Position numbers and translations under genes: made by a program. From contig NC_058369.1 in NCBI RefSeq assembly GCF_018350175.1, positions 5,396,001 to 5,460,000 on the forward strand: a stretch of 64,000 bases of DNA, written 5' to 3'. This DNA is from Felis catus (taxonomy: Eukaryota). The notes below the pieces were generated by a model. That model was not told where the DNA came from and did no database searches. It worked only from the letters and a program-made list of their open reading frames with translations. Positions 23,321-37,620 of the stretch are shown in pieces. Position 1 is the stretch's first letter, and the number at the start of each line of letters is the position of its first letter.

Positions 23321-26300
23321 TTAAAGGCTCTGAGAAGTCCTGCAAAAAAAAAAAAAAAATTTTTTTTTAACTTTGTTTGACTTAGAGGTTCTCAAACTCA
23401 CAAAATATCTACTTTACAAAACACCTTGGGATGCAAATTCATTCATTCATTCATTCATTCATTCATACAGCACTGTGCCAGGTCCTAAGCTGGTTACCAG
23501 AGGAAAATCAAACAGCCCTGTGCCTTCACAAAGCCCCCAGCCACATGGTAAAGCTAAGTGAGATATAATGGAAAACACAGGCCCAGAGAGGGTCTGCTAT
23601 CTGCCCAAGTCACACAGTAAGTTAGCGGCAGGATGAGGATTTGAATGCCATCTGTCTAATGCGTGGGTCTGTTCTGCTTACAGGTCTGAGGGGCTGCTAT
23701 GTCTGCAGTCATGGCTGGGCTTGGAACAAAAGGCTTTGCGGGGCCCTGCAGTCACCCGAGTCGGCAAGAACCCCTCGTCACCAGAGGGACTCCAGTACCA
23801 CTGCCTGGGACCCCCTCTGAGAACTGGTTACAAGGGGGACACCAGCGCCGAGGCCCAAGACCTCCTATGAGGCCCAGCAGGCATCTGGGGCCACCTGGCC
23901 AGCGGCCCACCTGCTGCAGCAGGTGGCCCATGCTGGCCCGTGTCGCACGGGCTGGAGAAGCGCCTGCAAAGCGTGGACCCTGCTGCACAGGACCCGGGTG
24001 GGGGGCCCTGGGTTTGCACCTGCCTAGTCCTCACGTCTGCTCCTGGCGGTCAGACCACCTATCACATCCTTGTCCAGGAGGCCACGTTCCCTGGCCCCTT
24101 TCAGCCGTCTGAGGCCAGCACGCCCTCTGGCAGGAGTGCATCGTCCTGCTTACAGAGAAGGAAACCGAGGCTCAGGAGCTCCCGCGGCTGGCCTGGGGGT
24201 GTCGGCAATTTCACAAGTCGGCCTGATTTTCCCTCCCATCCTTTCCTCCCAGCATGGTGACTGCCACCACCACCACCCCCCCCAGCCCCACAGCCACTGC
24301 TGACACCCCTGCCCCCTCACCCCACCCCCCACCACTTCCCTGTCCACACGTGCACGCACCCCCTCCGCTCTCCTCGCAGAGCCGGCCGCAGCCCAGGCGT
24401 CTCCTATCCCCCCTGGGTCCACACCCGCCTGCACCCCGGTCCCTCCAAACCCACCAGCAGCCCAGAGGAGTCTTTTTCAAAACCCCACTGACCCTCAGGT
24501 TAGAAACCTCTGGGGTGTGCTTATGAAAGCACACAAAATGATCCCTGAAAACAGTGCTCATGTGCAGCTCAGGTCCCCCCCTTTCTCCACCCTGGGGCCG
24601 GGGAGCGAACGGAGGCAGACGCTGCACGAATGGGTTTTGGAATGAACCAGTGAATGCGTGAGTATTTGAACCAGGTAATGAGTGACCTGAAAATGTATGA
24701 GTGAGCAAGCAGACGGAGAAATACCCCAGGGGCAGGGCCCTGAGAGTGGGGTACAGTAAGCCTCAGTGAATCCTCTCTCCCCCCCAGAGGGCTGGGCCTG
24801 GGCCTTCCACTGCCCAGACGGCTCATCTGAGACCCAACCAACGTGAGCCCCCAGACAGGCTCTCGCTCAGGGTCCTTTGTCCCACCCGCCAGAGCACCCT
24901 GCCGCCACCGACCTGGCCCTGTCGGGGGCAGGGGGTGGGGGGGCCTCAGAGGGGGTCCTGAGCACCATTCCAACTTCAAGGATACTCACAGGAGCCCAGG
25001 AGTTGATGTGCGCCAGCATGGAGCACATCCCAAGGCCCTGGGGCCAGCGCCCGTGGGCACCATCCCGGTTCAGGGAGAGAGGATGGAACCGGGGGGGGGG
25101 GGGGGGGGGGCGGGGCAGGCAAACCCAGGGATGACTGGAGCAGGGGCCAGACAGGCTGGAAAGGGAGCAGACGAAGACCGGGGATCCCCCAAGGAAAAGT
25201 CAAAACCAGCAGATGCCCAAGAAAGAAGACAGGGTGGGCTGGCAGTCAGAGCCAGCCAGTGGGGTATGAGAGGGCAAGTGCCACTGTGCAGCTCCCTTCC
25301 TGAGTCCTTCCTCCTCCCTGTGGCTTGGCCTGAGCTCCCCCTAACCACCGACCCCCACCTCCACAGGAACCCAAAGGGAGATGGGGCAGCAGATAGCTCA
25401 GCTGCCTGAATTTATTTAGAGAAGACGCAGCGAGGGCTGGGCTGAACCTTCCTGTGGTCACCGGGGAAGCACTAATGGAAGGCAGTGAGTCAGGGGCACT
25501 CGTGCGCAACAGCCTGAGGCAGCGGTGGGCAAGGAAACAGGAAAGGGGTCTCCCCCAGAGATGGCCCAGGCCAGTTCCACCCCAGCCCCAGCAGCCTGCA
25601 CAGCTTCCCTGACAGTGGCCCTCAAAGCCCGGCTTGGTTTTCTGGAGTGACGGGGAGCTCATTCACTGTTAACTTAAGCTGCTGTCAGGCTGGGTGAGCT
25701 CTCACCATCCGGGTTTCCCTGCAACAGAACCAACACCCACCTTTACTAGACCTTTTCCCTTAGAATTCATTCTCTCTGTTGGTGAAACACCCCTCCTCCC
25801 TTTGGCCCCTAGATTCTCTGAGAATTGGACAGCTCGATGTTCACATCCCCCTAGCCCCTCCTCGGGTCTGCTCTCCACGGAAAGCAGTCGTGTTTGGTGA
25901 GTGCCTACGAGGTGCCAGGCGCAAAGAATGCCTCGCCTTGTACTTACCGCCGTTCCAAGCTCCAAGAAGAAAGTTCGGTCGTTACCCTCACTTGACGGAT
26001 GAAAAGAGGCCCTGAGGAGTCAGGTGACTGACGACCTGCCCGAGTCAGCGCGGCCAGAATGCAGGCAGTGGCCTCCGGGCCCACGCCTTCTGAACGCAGC
26101 AGGGTAGCCTTCCCGGCCTTTCCCACTCTTTCCACTGAGGACACATTTTTTAGTTCATTCAGCACCTCTGATGGGTAGAGATCAGTACCCACAGAGGAAA
26201 AAAGGGTCCAGAAACTGCACAGCTAACAACGGGGCGGGACTTAGATGAGCGTACAATCCACCAGGATCGTACAAAGGACGGACAGAGCTCAGACCTTAAA

Positions 26301-26403
26301 CCCGCTTGAACTGGGTTCAAACCCTCCTTCTTAGCTAAGCATGTTTGGGCAAGTCACATCACCTCTATGAGCTTCCGATGCCTCAACTAAAATGAGGATA
26401 ATA

Positions 26404-26610
26404 GGGGCGCCTGGGGGGCTCAGTCGGTTAAGCATCCGACTTCAGCTCAGGTCATGATCTCGCAGTTTGTGGGTTCGAGCCCCACGTCGGGCTCCGTGCT
26501 GACAGCTCGGAGCCTGAGGCCTGCTTTGGACTCTGTGTCTCCCTCTCTCTCTGCCCCTGCTCGTGCTCTGTCTCTCTCAAAAATAATAAAAACATTAAAA
26601 AAAATAAAAC
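26404..26610 (+). mobile_element. SINEC_Fc-type SINE with TSD, inserted in a MIR remnant
   Basis: TSD AAAATGAGGATAATAG at 26389-26404 and 26611-26626; MIR-like flank (gggcaagtcacatcacctct). Confidence 0.9.
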
Positions 26611-27277
26611 AAAATGAGGATAATAGCAGTACCTAGTTCATTGGTCATGTAAAGAATAAATCCCAGAGATCCTGGTGTTAAAAGCCGATACGTAATAATA
26701 GTTAGCAATCCACGCAGCCACTTTTTATTCGATGGTGGTATTAGAACCCTCTCCCACTAGGTTTCTGCCACCCTGCTCCCACAATTATTTGTGTCGAAAA
26801 TACCTCTGAGAACCCTCAGAGACCACTCAACACCCTGTATCGGTTTACAGATGACAAAATTGGACTTCCTTTCAAGATGGTGCACCAAGTACACATTGAG
26901 ACCTTCCCATTCCTCCCCTAAACACTTAGAAATGACAGGAAAATGTTAACTTGAATGAGGGACCAAAGAAGAAGTGCCCTATGACAAGGGTGTGCCCACC
27001 CTTGTACGTACAGGGCTGCCTAATATAGGAGATCAAGAGCACATATTCTCAAAAGACTCTGAGCAAGGAGAAGTATCCTGAAGAGATGAATTCACAACCA
27101 CTTCATGAAGTTCTCACATACTCTCCCACTGGAAGAATTTACATCAGAGGAAATAGAGATTACTGGTGCAATGTGAAAGGAGGTGTGCAATGAATAGATT
27201 GAGGAACTCCGAAAGACAAAGGATGGAATGATAGCCATTAGACAAGAACAGGAGGTTATAGAACAAAAACAGGTTGA

Positions 27278-27491
27278 TTTTTTTTTTATCTTTATTTATT
27301 TTTGAGAGACAGAGAGAGAGAGAGCATGAGTGGGATAGGGGCAGAGTGAGAGAGGGACACAGAATCCAAAGCAGGCTCCAGGCTCTGAGCTGTCAGCACA
27401 GAGCCCGACATGGGGCTCGAACCCACGAGCCGTGAGATCATGACCTGAGCCGAAGTCGGAGGCTCAACCGACTGAGCCACCCAGGCGCCCC
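27278..27491 (-). mobile_element. SINEC_Fc-type SINE with TSD
   Basis: AAAACAGGTTGATTTTT on both sides. Confidence 0.92.
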
Positions 27492-27552
27492 AAAACAGGT
27501 TGATTTTTTAAAAGAACCAATCAGAGCTCTGATATGAAAAATATAGTTGCTA

Positions 27553-27686
27553 GGGACGCCTAGGTGGCTCAGTCGGTTAAGCCTCCGACTTCGGCTCAGG
27601 TCATGATCTCACGGTTCACGAATTCGAGCCCCGCGTCAGGCTCTGTGCTGACAGCTCAGAGCCTGGAGCCTGCTTCAGATTCTGTG

Positions 27687-27725
<39 letters not shown>

Positions 27726-27761
27726 AGTGAATAAACTCAGAAAAAATATTTTAAATAAAAA
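27553..27761 (+). mobile_element. SINEC_Fc-type SINE with TSD
   Basis: GAAAAATATAGTTGCTA at 27536-27552 and 27762-27778. Confidence 0.92.
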
Positions 27762-30700
27762 GAAAAATATAGTTGCTAACACACTTCAGAAATGAGTTGT
27801 CTGATTGAAGGAGAAAACAAGACCCAGAACTGGGAAGGGACTGACCAAGGTCACATGGGATTTTAAAGGCAAATGGTACCAGAACACAGAACCCAGATTT
27901 TAGAAGATCAGAACTAAGGTCAAACTCAGGAGCTGAGTCCTGGGGCCATTTGTGGACACTCTTTTTGAGGGTGTTCTGCGATTCCTTCCCCCACTTTCTT
28001 TTTTCTTTTTTCCCCTGTATCATAATACTGCTGCTGAGCTGAACTCCGCAGCTCCCCCCTAATGAAGAACGGAGTTTCCATCCCCTGACTGGTCTGGGTG
28101 GGACCATGGGTATGGAGAAATGGCCAGCTTTCTCCTCCAAAATTAGAATTTAATTAAACAGAATCTGAATGTGAAGAAAAGAGTTGACTAAAACTGAGAG
28201 TAAAGCTCCAATACTGGCCATGGGATGCTGGACTGGTGACTTCACATCTCTGAGCCTCAGATTCCTCATCTATAAAATGGCTTTGATGGGTCCTGTCACA
28301 TGCTGATGTTTTGAGAATAGAAAGTTGTATGCACAAGACATCTGGCGTTCCAAGGTCTCCCATGGAACACCTTTCTGGGGCTCAACAACCCTCTTTTATG
28401 AGCCCAAAGAAACCCCAGATGAGGACAAAGCTACAGTCACTTAGGCCACCAACATAGGAGAGAAATTTAAAACCTTGAAAGGACAAAAAAAAAGGTGATA
28501 AAAAAAGATGAATCAAAGGAGAGAGGGTAGGCTGACTTACAAATCCCCCACCTACATGGTCAGATGGCAGCCCACAATTTTTCCCTTTACACCGTGTTAT
28601 GGGGGGAACTAAAAATGACCACAAACTCTCTGGTGGGTATAAGCCCTCTTAACACTCACAGGCAAGAAGTGACATCTGTGTGGCCAATTCACATCTGGAA
28701 AAATTGTTCATCCCTTTCCCTTAACAAGAAAAATACTCATTCGTTTTCATCTACACAGTGAGATACCATTTTTTCTGGCTGAAATGGGCAAAGATTTAAA
28801 AACGATAAAATCCAATGCTAGCAAGGATGTGGTGAGATGGGCACTTGTGTACCTAGAAAGAGAAGGTATAACCTGCTTCCTGGCAGGGCAACTAAACAGT
28901 CTGAAGCAGAGTTGGACTCCTACCCTGTTTGAGGGATAAAGATGTCACTTCTCTCCCACCTGGATCCCTGCTCCAAGCATCTCTCTATTCTGGCCTTAGC
29001 AGCCCCAATATCCCTCCTCCAACACACCATTCCAGCCACTTAGAACCTATTTTGTTTCCCAGAAAGCTGTTCTTTCATTCATGCACGCTGTGCCTTCTGC
29101 CCGAAACATCTTCCACCTTCTCTCACCTCTTCCCCGGCCAAATCTGACTCATCCTTCAGGACTTAGCTTATGTGTTACCTCCTGCAGCAAGCCCACCACA
29201 CTGACCCCTCTCCGCTAGGCCAGGAGTCTCTCCTGGGCTCCCAGGGTCCTGTGGATTTCCACCACCACCACAGTGATGACCCTGGGTGTGTCCCCCCCAC
29301 CCGCCCCGATCTGCAGATATTCACAAGTACTTGACAAATATAGAAGTGAAATATTTGGAGAAGAGGGTGTGCTCTGTGTGGTCTCAGAAGGTTGAGCCAA
29401 GACCACAGATTGGGGTGGGAGGGAGGGGGGTAGAGGTTCAGGCTGGAGCCAGTGTCTGAAATAATTTTCTAAGAAGTCCAGCTCACTAACACAGAAGAAG
29501 CTGCCTCAATAGGTGATGAGCTGCCCATCACAGGAGGTGTGCAAGCAGGGGGTTGGAAACCACTTCTCTTTCTTTGTGACTTCCCCATACTTACCTGGCC
29601 AGAATTGGGGGGGGGAGGAGGGCTTGAAGGAGATGCCCTCTTCCCCAAGCGGTTCCATGGGGCTTTCTTGTGACTCAGAAAACTGCCCAGGGAGGACTAT
29701 GGACCCGCAGAGACTATTCCCACGGAGCTGATACAGCCCAGCCCATTCCTCAGAAAGGCCACAGAGTCCCAAGACGCTACACTCTCACGGGGTTCAGGGA
29801 GCCCGATGGAGCCCCAGGGCCCTCTCACTCTGAGCAAACCCACGCCTCATAAAAGCCCCAGTGAAACCGACCTCTAAAACCGAGAGCCCTCTGCGGGAAC
29901 TCAGATTTCAAGGGGAAAATGCAAGGCACTGTGGGACTGTGGCGAGCCCTACCCCTCCCCTGAGCCCCCTCCCAAGGCCCGGGAAGAGGCCGGAAGCCGT
30001 TGGTACCTCTGTGCCCAACCCACAAGCCCAGCTAGAGTCCCAGAGCGGGGACCAGCCTGATAGGCAGGAAGGGGGTGGGCCAGGGGACAGGGTGTCTGCC
30101 ATCCCTCCTGTGCTGGTGACACACAGTGTGGCCTTAGACAAGGGCCAGCTGCTCTCTGAGCCTCAGTGTCTTCACTGTCAAATGGGTACAAGATTGGTGC
30201 CCGGGTTGGTTAAGTAACGTTGGTTACGTGCTTAGTCCCAAAACATAGTAGGTGTTTTGTTCTTCAACTCCATGAGCTTCAGGGAGGTCCCTGGGGCTCA
30301 TGGGGGTCTGATCCGATGGCAGGACAGTGCCACATGAGTGTCAGCTCAGTGGAAATTGACCTCCTAAAACTGATGAGGCACAAAATTCATCTCGGCCCTG
30401 GGCCAGACGGATCCCTCAGGCTCTATCTCCCCGCTCTATCCAGCCCAAACCCCCAAAATGCTTCAGATCCTTGGGGCCCAGGCAGGCCAGGGCCCCACTG
30501 CCTGGTGGAAATTTGAGGCCCCCTAATCAACCTGGGGGTGGTGTCACCAGGAAGGGGTGAGGGCACCTGGCCCCAGTCACCACCCAGACCCAAGGGAAGG
30601 CACCCCAGAGGTGCCCTGTGTCCAGCCAAGCCCAGGACCCACCCAGCCCCTGCTTCCACTCAGGCCCCGGCCAGAAGGGTCTCTCTTCCGGGCACCTGTG

Positions 30701-31842
30701 TGCCCAAATCCATCCCCCACACACACACACAGGGGTCTAGACACCATCCAAGCCCACCAGGCCTTACCCACACATCCCATCAATCCTGCTCCAAGTCTCA
30801 AGGCCGTGGCTGCTCTCACTCACTCTGCTCCAGCCACACGGGGTCTCCTCACTGCTCTCCCAACACTGCAAGCATGGTCCTGCCTCAGGGCCTTTGCACA
30901 GGCTGTTCCCTCTACCTAGAATGCTGTTCCCCCAGATACTCACATATGGTACCTCCCTCACCATCTTTAGGTCTCTCCTCCCCTGAAAGGTCCGTCCTGA
31001 CCCCTAGGCTAAATCACCACCCACCCACACACCCCGTCCATCTTCTCTCCTTCTTATCGGGCCTCGTGCTTACAGGGGGCGCTTACCACACTCCTTACTT
31101 TTTCAATAGTGACAATTGACTTGCTCCGTGTCCGTCTGCCACCAGAATGCTAGCCCCTGATGACAGGGCCCACTCCCCTCTGTGTACAAGGAGCTCCAGG
31201 GCCGCAGACTCCCTTCTGTGAAATGGGCCCAGGGGTGCCCTGAGAGAGTTTCCGGCTCTGCGAGCCCTGCCCTCCACCCCAGGGGTGGCTCTCCCTCCTC
31301 CATCTGCGGAACTGCACTCAAAGAAACATCCCACTTTCCCTGCCCCCACCCCATGGTTCCCGGAGACAGGCTGTGTCCCTGGGGCCTTCAGGGGGCAGGG
31401 CCTGGACCCTGTGACTTCTCTGGGTTCCCGAAACACCCACCGGCCTCATCCAAGCCCTTTCTGGGTGCCCAGCTCTGCCTGTGCTAAGCACTTGACAGAC
31501 ACTATCTGCCAAAGGGATCTCCTCACCACACAATCACATTATGCCACTTACCAGCTCAACATCCTCGGCAGATCAACACCACACTCCCTTGCCCTACCCA
31601 CAGGGCCTCCCACACAGTCCGGATGGGGCTGGTCCCCTCCATGCTCCAACCACTGGGACTCACCACAGGGCCTTTGCACCTGCAGGCCTGCTGCCTGGAC
31701 CGCTCCGCCTCCCCTCTCCCAGTGTCCTCATTCTCATCCTTTGATTGCCAACTTCTCCGAGAAGCCCTCCCTGACTTGCCAGGAAAGAAGTCAGGGAGAA
31801 ACAGTAGGTGTTTCTGCTTCTTAGCATTTATTATCCAAGTAA

Positions 31843-32245
31843 GTTTTAAAGTTTATTTATTTATTTTGAGAAGCGGGGAAGAGACAGAGAGGTAGAGGGG
31901 CAGAGCGGGGGGAAAGAGAGAATCCCAAGCAGGCTCCGCACGGTCAGTGCAGAGCCCCACGTGGGGCTTGGGGTTCCCCCAAACAACTTTACATTCATTT
32001 GTGTAACTTATTCACTAACATCTCTCTTTCTTGGGGCGCCTGGCTGGCTCAGTCGGTTAAGCGTTCGACTCTTGATGTCGGCTCAGGTCACAATCTCACG
32101 GTTCGTGGGTCCAAGCCCCACACTGGGCTCTGCACTCACTGTGCCAAACCTGCTTGGGATTCTCTGTCTCCCTCTCTCTCTGCCCCTCCCCCCACTCGCT
32201 CTCTATTTCTCTCTCCCCAAAAATACATAAACGTTAAAAAAAATA
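31843..32245. mobile_element. Partial minus-strand Can-SINE (31843-31972) and full plus-strand Can-SINE (32033-32245)
   Basis: Recognisable SINE bodies in opposite orientation. Confidence 0.85.
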
Positions 32246-32494
32246 ATACCATCTCTCTTTCTCCAATGAGACCAAGGCCTGTTTCTTCCCCCAAGATATA
32301 TCCCCACTCCAGGGCCTGGCACATAGTAGATGCTTGATAAATACTCATGAATGAGTGTTGGGCCGAATCCCACTATCCCCCCAGGCTCCCATTCTACAGG
32401 TGAGGAGACTGAGGCTCGCTCCTGACTTCTCTTCTGCACAGCCTGCCCCCCACAGCCCCCCAGGCAGCCTCCTAACCCCCTCCTCCAGCTTTAG

Positions 32495-32665
32495 GGCAGT
32501 GGTCCAAAGCCAAGGGGACGTTTGTCAAAGTTTGGGGACACATTTGGCTGTCACAACTAGGGGGTGAATGCTACCAGCATCTCGTGGGTAGAGGCCAAGG
32601 ATGCTGCTCACACCCTACAGTGACCAGCACAAAGGATTATCCAGCCTCAAATGTCACTGAGAAAG
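32495..32665. mobile_element. MER20-like hAT element
   Basis: catttggctgtcacaactaggggg ... gcatctcgtgggtagaggccaaggatgctgct ... ttatccagcctcaaatgtca. Confidence 0.75.
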
Positions 32666-32824
32666 TCTGCTTCGGGAGAAGTGGCCACGTCCTAGCCTGA
32701 CTGATAAAGACTGGCCAGGCCTGGGCCCGGGGGCCATCTGATCAGAACCAGTGATAGATGTTAACAGTAGCTCCCCGGACAGATTTCACCTGGACCCAGC
32801 TGCCACTGTTTCAGCTGAAAGTAA

Positions 32825-33085
32825 AAGAGAGAGGAGAGGAGGGGAGGGGAGGGGAGGGGAGGGGAAGGGAAGGGAAGGGAAGGGAAGGGAAGGGAAGGGA
32901 AGGGAAGGGAAGGGAAGGGAAGGGAAGGGAAGAGAAGAGAAGAGAAAAAGGAAAGGAAGGAAAGGAAAGGAAAGGAAAGGAAAGGAAAGGAAAGGAAAGG
33001 AAAGGAAAGGAAAGGAAAGGAAAGGAAAGGAAAGGAAAGGAAAGGAAAGGGAGACATAAAGGAAGAAAAGAAAGGAAGGAAGCAA
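32825..33085. repeat. Compound pentanucleotide purine microsatellite (GGGGA)n-(GGGAA)n-(GAGAA)n-(GGAAA)n
   Basis: Directly visible. Confidence 0.97.
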
Positions 33086-33089
33086 AAGA

Positions 33090-33751
33090 AAGTCACCATC
33101 AAAAGACACAAGCCACAGAGCAAGAAGGCAACCCACGGAATGGAAGAAAATATCTCCAAATCATAGATTAATATCCAAAACATATAGAGAACTCCTACAG
33201 CTCAGCAATAATGACCAAAAAAAAAGAGCCCTCAATTAAAAATTGAGCAAAGGGCTTGAACAGACATTTCTCCAAAGAAGATGCCTAAGTGGCCAGTAAG
33301 CCCATGAGGAGAGGCTCAGCGTCACTGATCATTCAGGAAACGCACAGGAAAACCGGAGCGGGCCCTCGCACAGCGCGGGTTGGGACTGTGTGGTTCCACT
33401 GAATTGCTTATAAATTGCTTATAAATACCATCCAGGACCGTAAACGTACTTTCTCTTCCTTATGACTTCCTTAACAACGCTGTCCTTTCTCCCACAATGC
33501 CTTCATGATAAGAACACGGCACCTAACACCTGAACATACAAAATACGTACGTGGAACATGCAAAACATGCATTCATGGACCGTCCACGTTATCACTAAGG
33601 TTTCCGGCCAACAGTAGGCTGACTGAAGTTAGGTTTCGGAGAGCCGAGAGCTGTATGTGGGCTTGTGGGATGTGGTCGCTGCCCCTAATTCCTGTCTTCA
33701 AGTATCAACCGTACGAGATACGGCCTTACACACCTGAGGACAGCTGCTGTT

Positions 33752-33797
<46 letters not shown>

Positions 33798-34110
33798 ATA
33801 ACAAGTGCTGGCGATGATGTTGTGAAACTAGAACCTTCAGGCACTGTTGGTGGGAATATAAAACGGCACGGCTGTTCGTTGCGGAAAACAGTGCGGGGGT
33901 TCTTCAAAAACTTAAAAATAGAACTCCCATATGATCCAGCAGTTGCATTTATGGGGTCAACACCCAAGAGAATTGAACGCAGGGATTTGGGGCGCCTGCG
34001 TGGCTCAGTCGGTTGAGCATCCGACTCTTGATTTCAGTTCAGGTCATGATCCCAGGGTCGTGGGATCCAGCCCCTGGATGGGCTTGGTACTGGGCATGGG
34101 GCCTACTTAA

Positions 34111-34148
<38 letters not shown>

Positions 34149-34665
34149 AGAAAGCAAGCAGGAACTCTAAGAAATATTTGCACACCTATGTTCAGTGCAC
34201 AGGGCATGATTCACGATACCTAAAACGTGGAAGCAACCCAGCACCCATCAACACATGAATGCACAAACAAGACGCGGTCCGTCCACACAATGGAACATTT
34301 AGCCTAAAAAGAAAGGATAATCTGACACCTGCCACAACATGGAAGAACCCAGAAGACACTAGGCCCCGTGACATAAGCCAGACACAAAAAGACAAATACT
34401 GTATACATCCACTGAAATGAGGTCCCCGGAGTAGCCAGAGATGTAGACAGAAGGGGGATGGTGGGAGCCAGGGGTGGGGGAGGGGAAGAGGAGTCAGCGT
34501 TTCACGGGGACCGAGATTCAGTTTGGAAAGATGAGAAAGTTCTGGAGGCGGATGGTGGTGATGGTTGCACAACACTAGGGACGTATTTAATACCACGGAC
34601 TTCTATGCCTATAAATGGTTAAGATGGCAAATTTTATGTTATGTGTATTTTACCAAAATATTTAA
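33090..34665 (+). mobile_element. L1M (L1MB-like) 3' fragment interrupted by a MER47-like element, (CA)n and a SINE (33989-34150)
   Basis: gggcttgaacagacatttctccaaagaagat; aaaatagaactcccatatgatccagca; aatggttaagatggcaaattttatgttatgtgtattttacca. Confidence 0.88.
33356..33712. mobile_element. MER47-like Tigger (TcMar) non-autonomous element
   Basis: aggtttccggccaacagtaggct ... gcccctaattcctgtcttcaagtatcaaccg|ta resembles the MER47A 3' end with a TA target. Confidence 0.6.
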
Positions 34666-36099
34666 AAACTGGGGGGGGGGGGAGGGAGGGACACAGAGCA
34701 AGCGGTCATGTCTGAAGCATGGGCTGGCATGTCTGTAGAACCCCAGACGTGTCCAGCCCTCCAGGGCTCCCACCTCCCATAGGATGAAAGCCCAAGTCCT
34801 CCAGAGGCCCAGAAGGCACTGTACCACCTGCCCCTCCCCCTGCCTGCCCTTGTTCCTCCCCATCTCCCCCCTTGCTCACTCCACTCGGGCCACGAAGGCC
34901 TCCTTCCTGTTCCTCTGACATGCCAGGCCTGGTCCCACCCCAGGGCCTTTGCACAGTATATGCCTTCTACCTGGAATGCCCTCCCACTTCAATATCTATA
35001 TGGCTGATCCCCTCTCTCAATGCCCGCAACCCTCTGTGCAGGACAGAGTGCTTGCGCCCACCTAATCCCCTCTATGTCAGACTTGAAGTTTGGGGAACAA
35101 GGCCCGACCCAGCAGCGCGTGGTCTCAGAGACACAACATCCAGGTGGTTTGCGCTAAGTGACTCCACCCTCAGGGCCAACCGTGGGTCGTCGCAGCGTGT
35201 CTCGCCTCCTCTTCCCATCTGAGCAGGGCCCAGAACCCCCCAGGCACCTGCTACTGCCATACGGTGGGCACAAAACAATTGCTCAATAAACACGTGGATG
35301 AAAATGCATTATGGAGGGACAGAGAAGAGAGAGAGAGAGAGGAAGAGAAAGAGATACAGAAACAGAAAAGGCAGGAAGAGCAGAGAAGGAAGGAGAGACG
35401 GAGGCCAGCAAAGAAAGAGAAAGAGAGAGCACAGACGGCCACTAAGCCACGAACGACGTCCCACACACACAGCAGACCCCAGCAGACAACAGCCAGAGGT
35501 CTGTGACCACGAACTCGGCAACAAACGCTCAGTCCCATCCCCACGGCCACTGGACCCCAACTCCCCCAAGTCCCTAGCATACGTGCATCTCCCCACGACA
35601 GTCAGACCCCACAACAGACACACCCTGAGGACACACACACGCACACACACGGGTCTGCATGGCTGCCGGACCCACCTAACCACCAGATCCCGGAACACGT
35701 GGGACCCCCCTCACCCCGTGACAAACCCCACCCTCTCCTACAGCCAGATCCCTAGACGACCACACCACAGCAGACCCTCCCAGGTCCCCAGGCATCCTCT
35801 TCTGGGACCTCGACCTCCCACTCAGCGCCCCCCCTACACACACACACACCCCAACAGGCGTAGCCACCCATGGGGACCAGCACTATCCGGTCCTTTTCAG
35901 GGTTACACGAAGCTGGTACTTTTCATCCCATAAGTGCTGACAAGGCGACAACAGCTGTCGTCAGCCTCCTGAGGTGGGGAACAGGGGTCGGGTGTGGGGG
36001 CCACACGAGTGGAGGGAGCAGAGAGGAGGGCGGGAGCCGGGAGGAGAAAGGGAAAGGACACAAGCCAGCAGGAGCTGGGGCACAGAGAGGAGGTGGCCG

Positions 36100-37620
36100 C
36101 AGGAGGCCCCCCAAAATGGAGGCGGGCATTGGGGTCTGAAGCCAGATGGTCCCGCACACGGCTGGCCCTGGCCCCCACCCCGCCGGCCAGCCCGCCCCGT
36201 CCCTTCCCCAGGGCCCCGCCGGGTCTCCCTCAGGGCAGGGGGAGGACAGGTCCCTCCGACTTGGAGAAAGGCCTGTTCTTCCTCAGCCAGCCCTGAGCCC
36301 GGCTCAGATGAGGCAACAGAGATGTGGCCGACCAGAGACAGAGAGATACACAGGTAGGGAGACACGCAGAGAGAATCCCAAAGAGAGCCAGAGACCCAGC
36401 GAGACAGGGAGAGACACAGAAAGAGAGAAAGCTGGGGCAGGAAAGCTGGAGGGGGGCAGAAAAAGAGAAAGGGACTGAGATGGGCAGCAGGAGGTGGCCT
36501 GGGGGTGGGGGGGTTGTTCCCGGGGTTCCCCCACTGCCCTGGATGTCGGCCAGCCCAGGGGGACCTCTACCTGCACACGGGGCTCACTTCCCGGGTCGCT
36601 GTTTCCCCAGCCGGTCCTGCGCGAGCCACGAGCCACATCAGCCGCGTGGGGCCTCCAAACTCCTCCGCGGTGGAGGGAGTCACCAGCGCTTCCGTAAAGG
36701 TGACACCCCGGCCCCCAGCCTGTAGCTCGTGGCTTTCCCTGCAGAGCGGTCCCCCCCCCCACCTGGTGTCTGCCCGGGGAGCAGCTGTTTGTGGGCTGGC
36801 TTCAACTCGGGGTGGGGGTGGGGGTGGGGGGTCACTGGGGAGCAAACCTCACCACCAGGCGTGCGCCAAGGGAGGGGGGGGGCGTCCTGCTGGTCTACCC
36901 CCTGGGGGCCCAGCAAGCGGGTGGTCTGGCAGGCCAAAGCTCCAGAATGTCATTCCACCCCCCTAAGACCCTTCTGGAAAGATCAGAGGAGCAAAAGCGA
37001 AGGTCCCTTTCTCTTCCAAGCGAGGACACTCCCCTGCTCAAACACCCTCTGTGGCTCCTCCTTGCCTTTCAGATTTCCTGATCCTTCTCCCCAAAGACAT
37101 ACGCCCTCTGCCCAGTCTACCCACCAGAGGAGGCAAGCACACAGCAATTCAGTAACGTGCCCCCCGGGGGAACCTGAAGCCCGATCTTTCACTTCAGTAT
37201 GAACTTCCTGAGCGGACAAGAGTGAATGCGGACCGCAGGTATTCCAGGCAGAGGGAACAGCACAGGCAAAGGCTTAGAGGCAAGGATCCGCATGGACGTG
37301 TTTCCGAGGGATCCTGGGAGAGGTGGTCAGAGCTGCTGGTAGGAAAGCGCTCGCACGTGGCCCCCGGGGTGGGTGAACCGGATGGGGCGGGGGGCGGGCT
37401 GCAGGTGCCGAGAAGCCCGAGGCACGCTCCCACCCCCAGACCCCGCTGGTTTTGAGGAGGATTGACGCCCAGGTGGGATGGAGCGGGCCTCGACTTGGGG
37501 ACAGCGCCGCCTGGTGGGCACGGTGTGGGACTGCACCCTCCTTCGCGGGTTCACTCCGCAGACGTTCACCGCCGCCCCAGCCGCGTTCCCGGAGCACGTG
37601 ACCCCCCAATGGGGTTATTT
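36100..37620. promoter_or_regulatory. CpG-rich region (intragenic island / possible alternative promoter or enhancer)
   Basis: Two CpG-rich patches (~36100-36900, ~37220-37620); tandem GGGGCGG boxes at 37384-37398; CACGTG at 37354-37359 and 37595-37600. Confidence 0.5.

Larger units (their letters stand above)
26860..27830 (+). mobile_element. Ancient L1/HAL1-like 5' UTR-ORF1 remnant
   Basis: ggacttcctttcaagatgg start motif; aaaagaaccaatcagagctctgatatgaaaaatatagtt resembles the ORF1 coiled-coil segment (KKNQ.EL..MKNIV). Confidence 0.45.

Noticed and set aside
32751..33183. KGKER/FPFLS repeat ORFs
   Set aside because: Pentanucleotide microsatellite.
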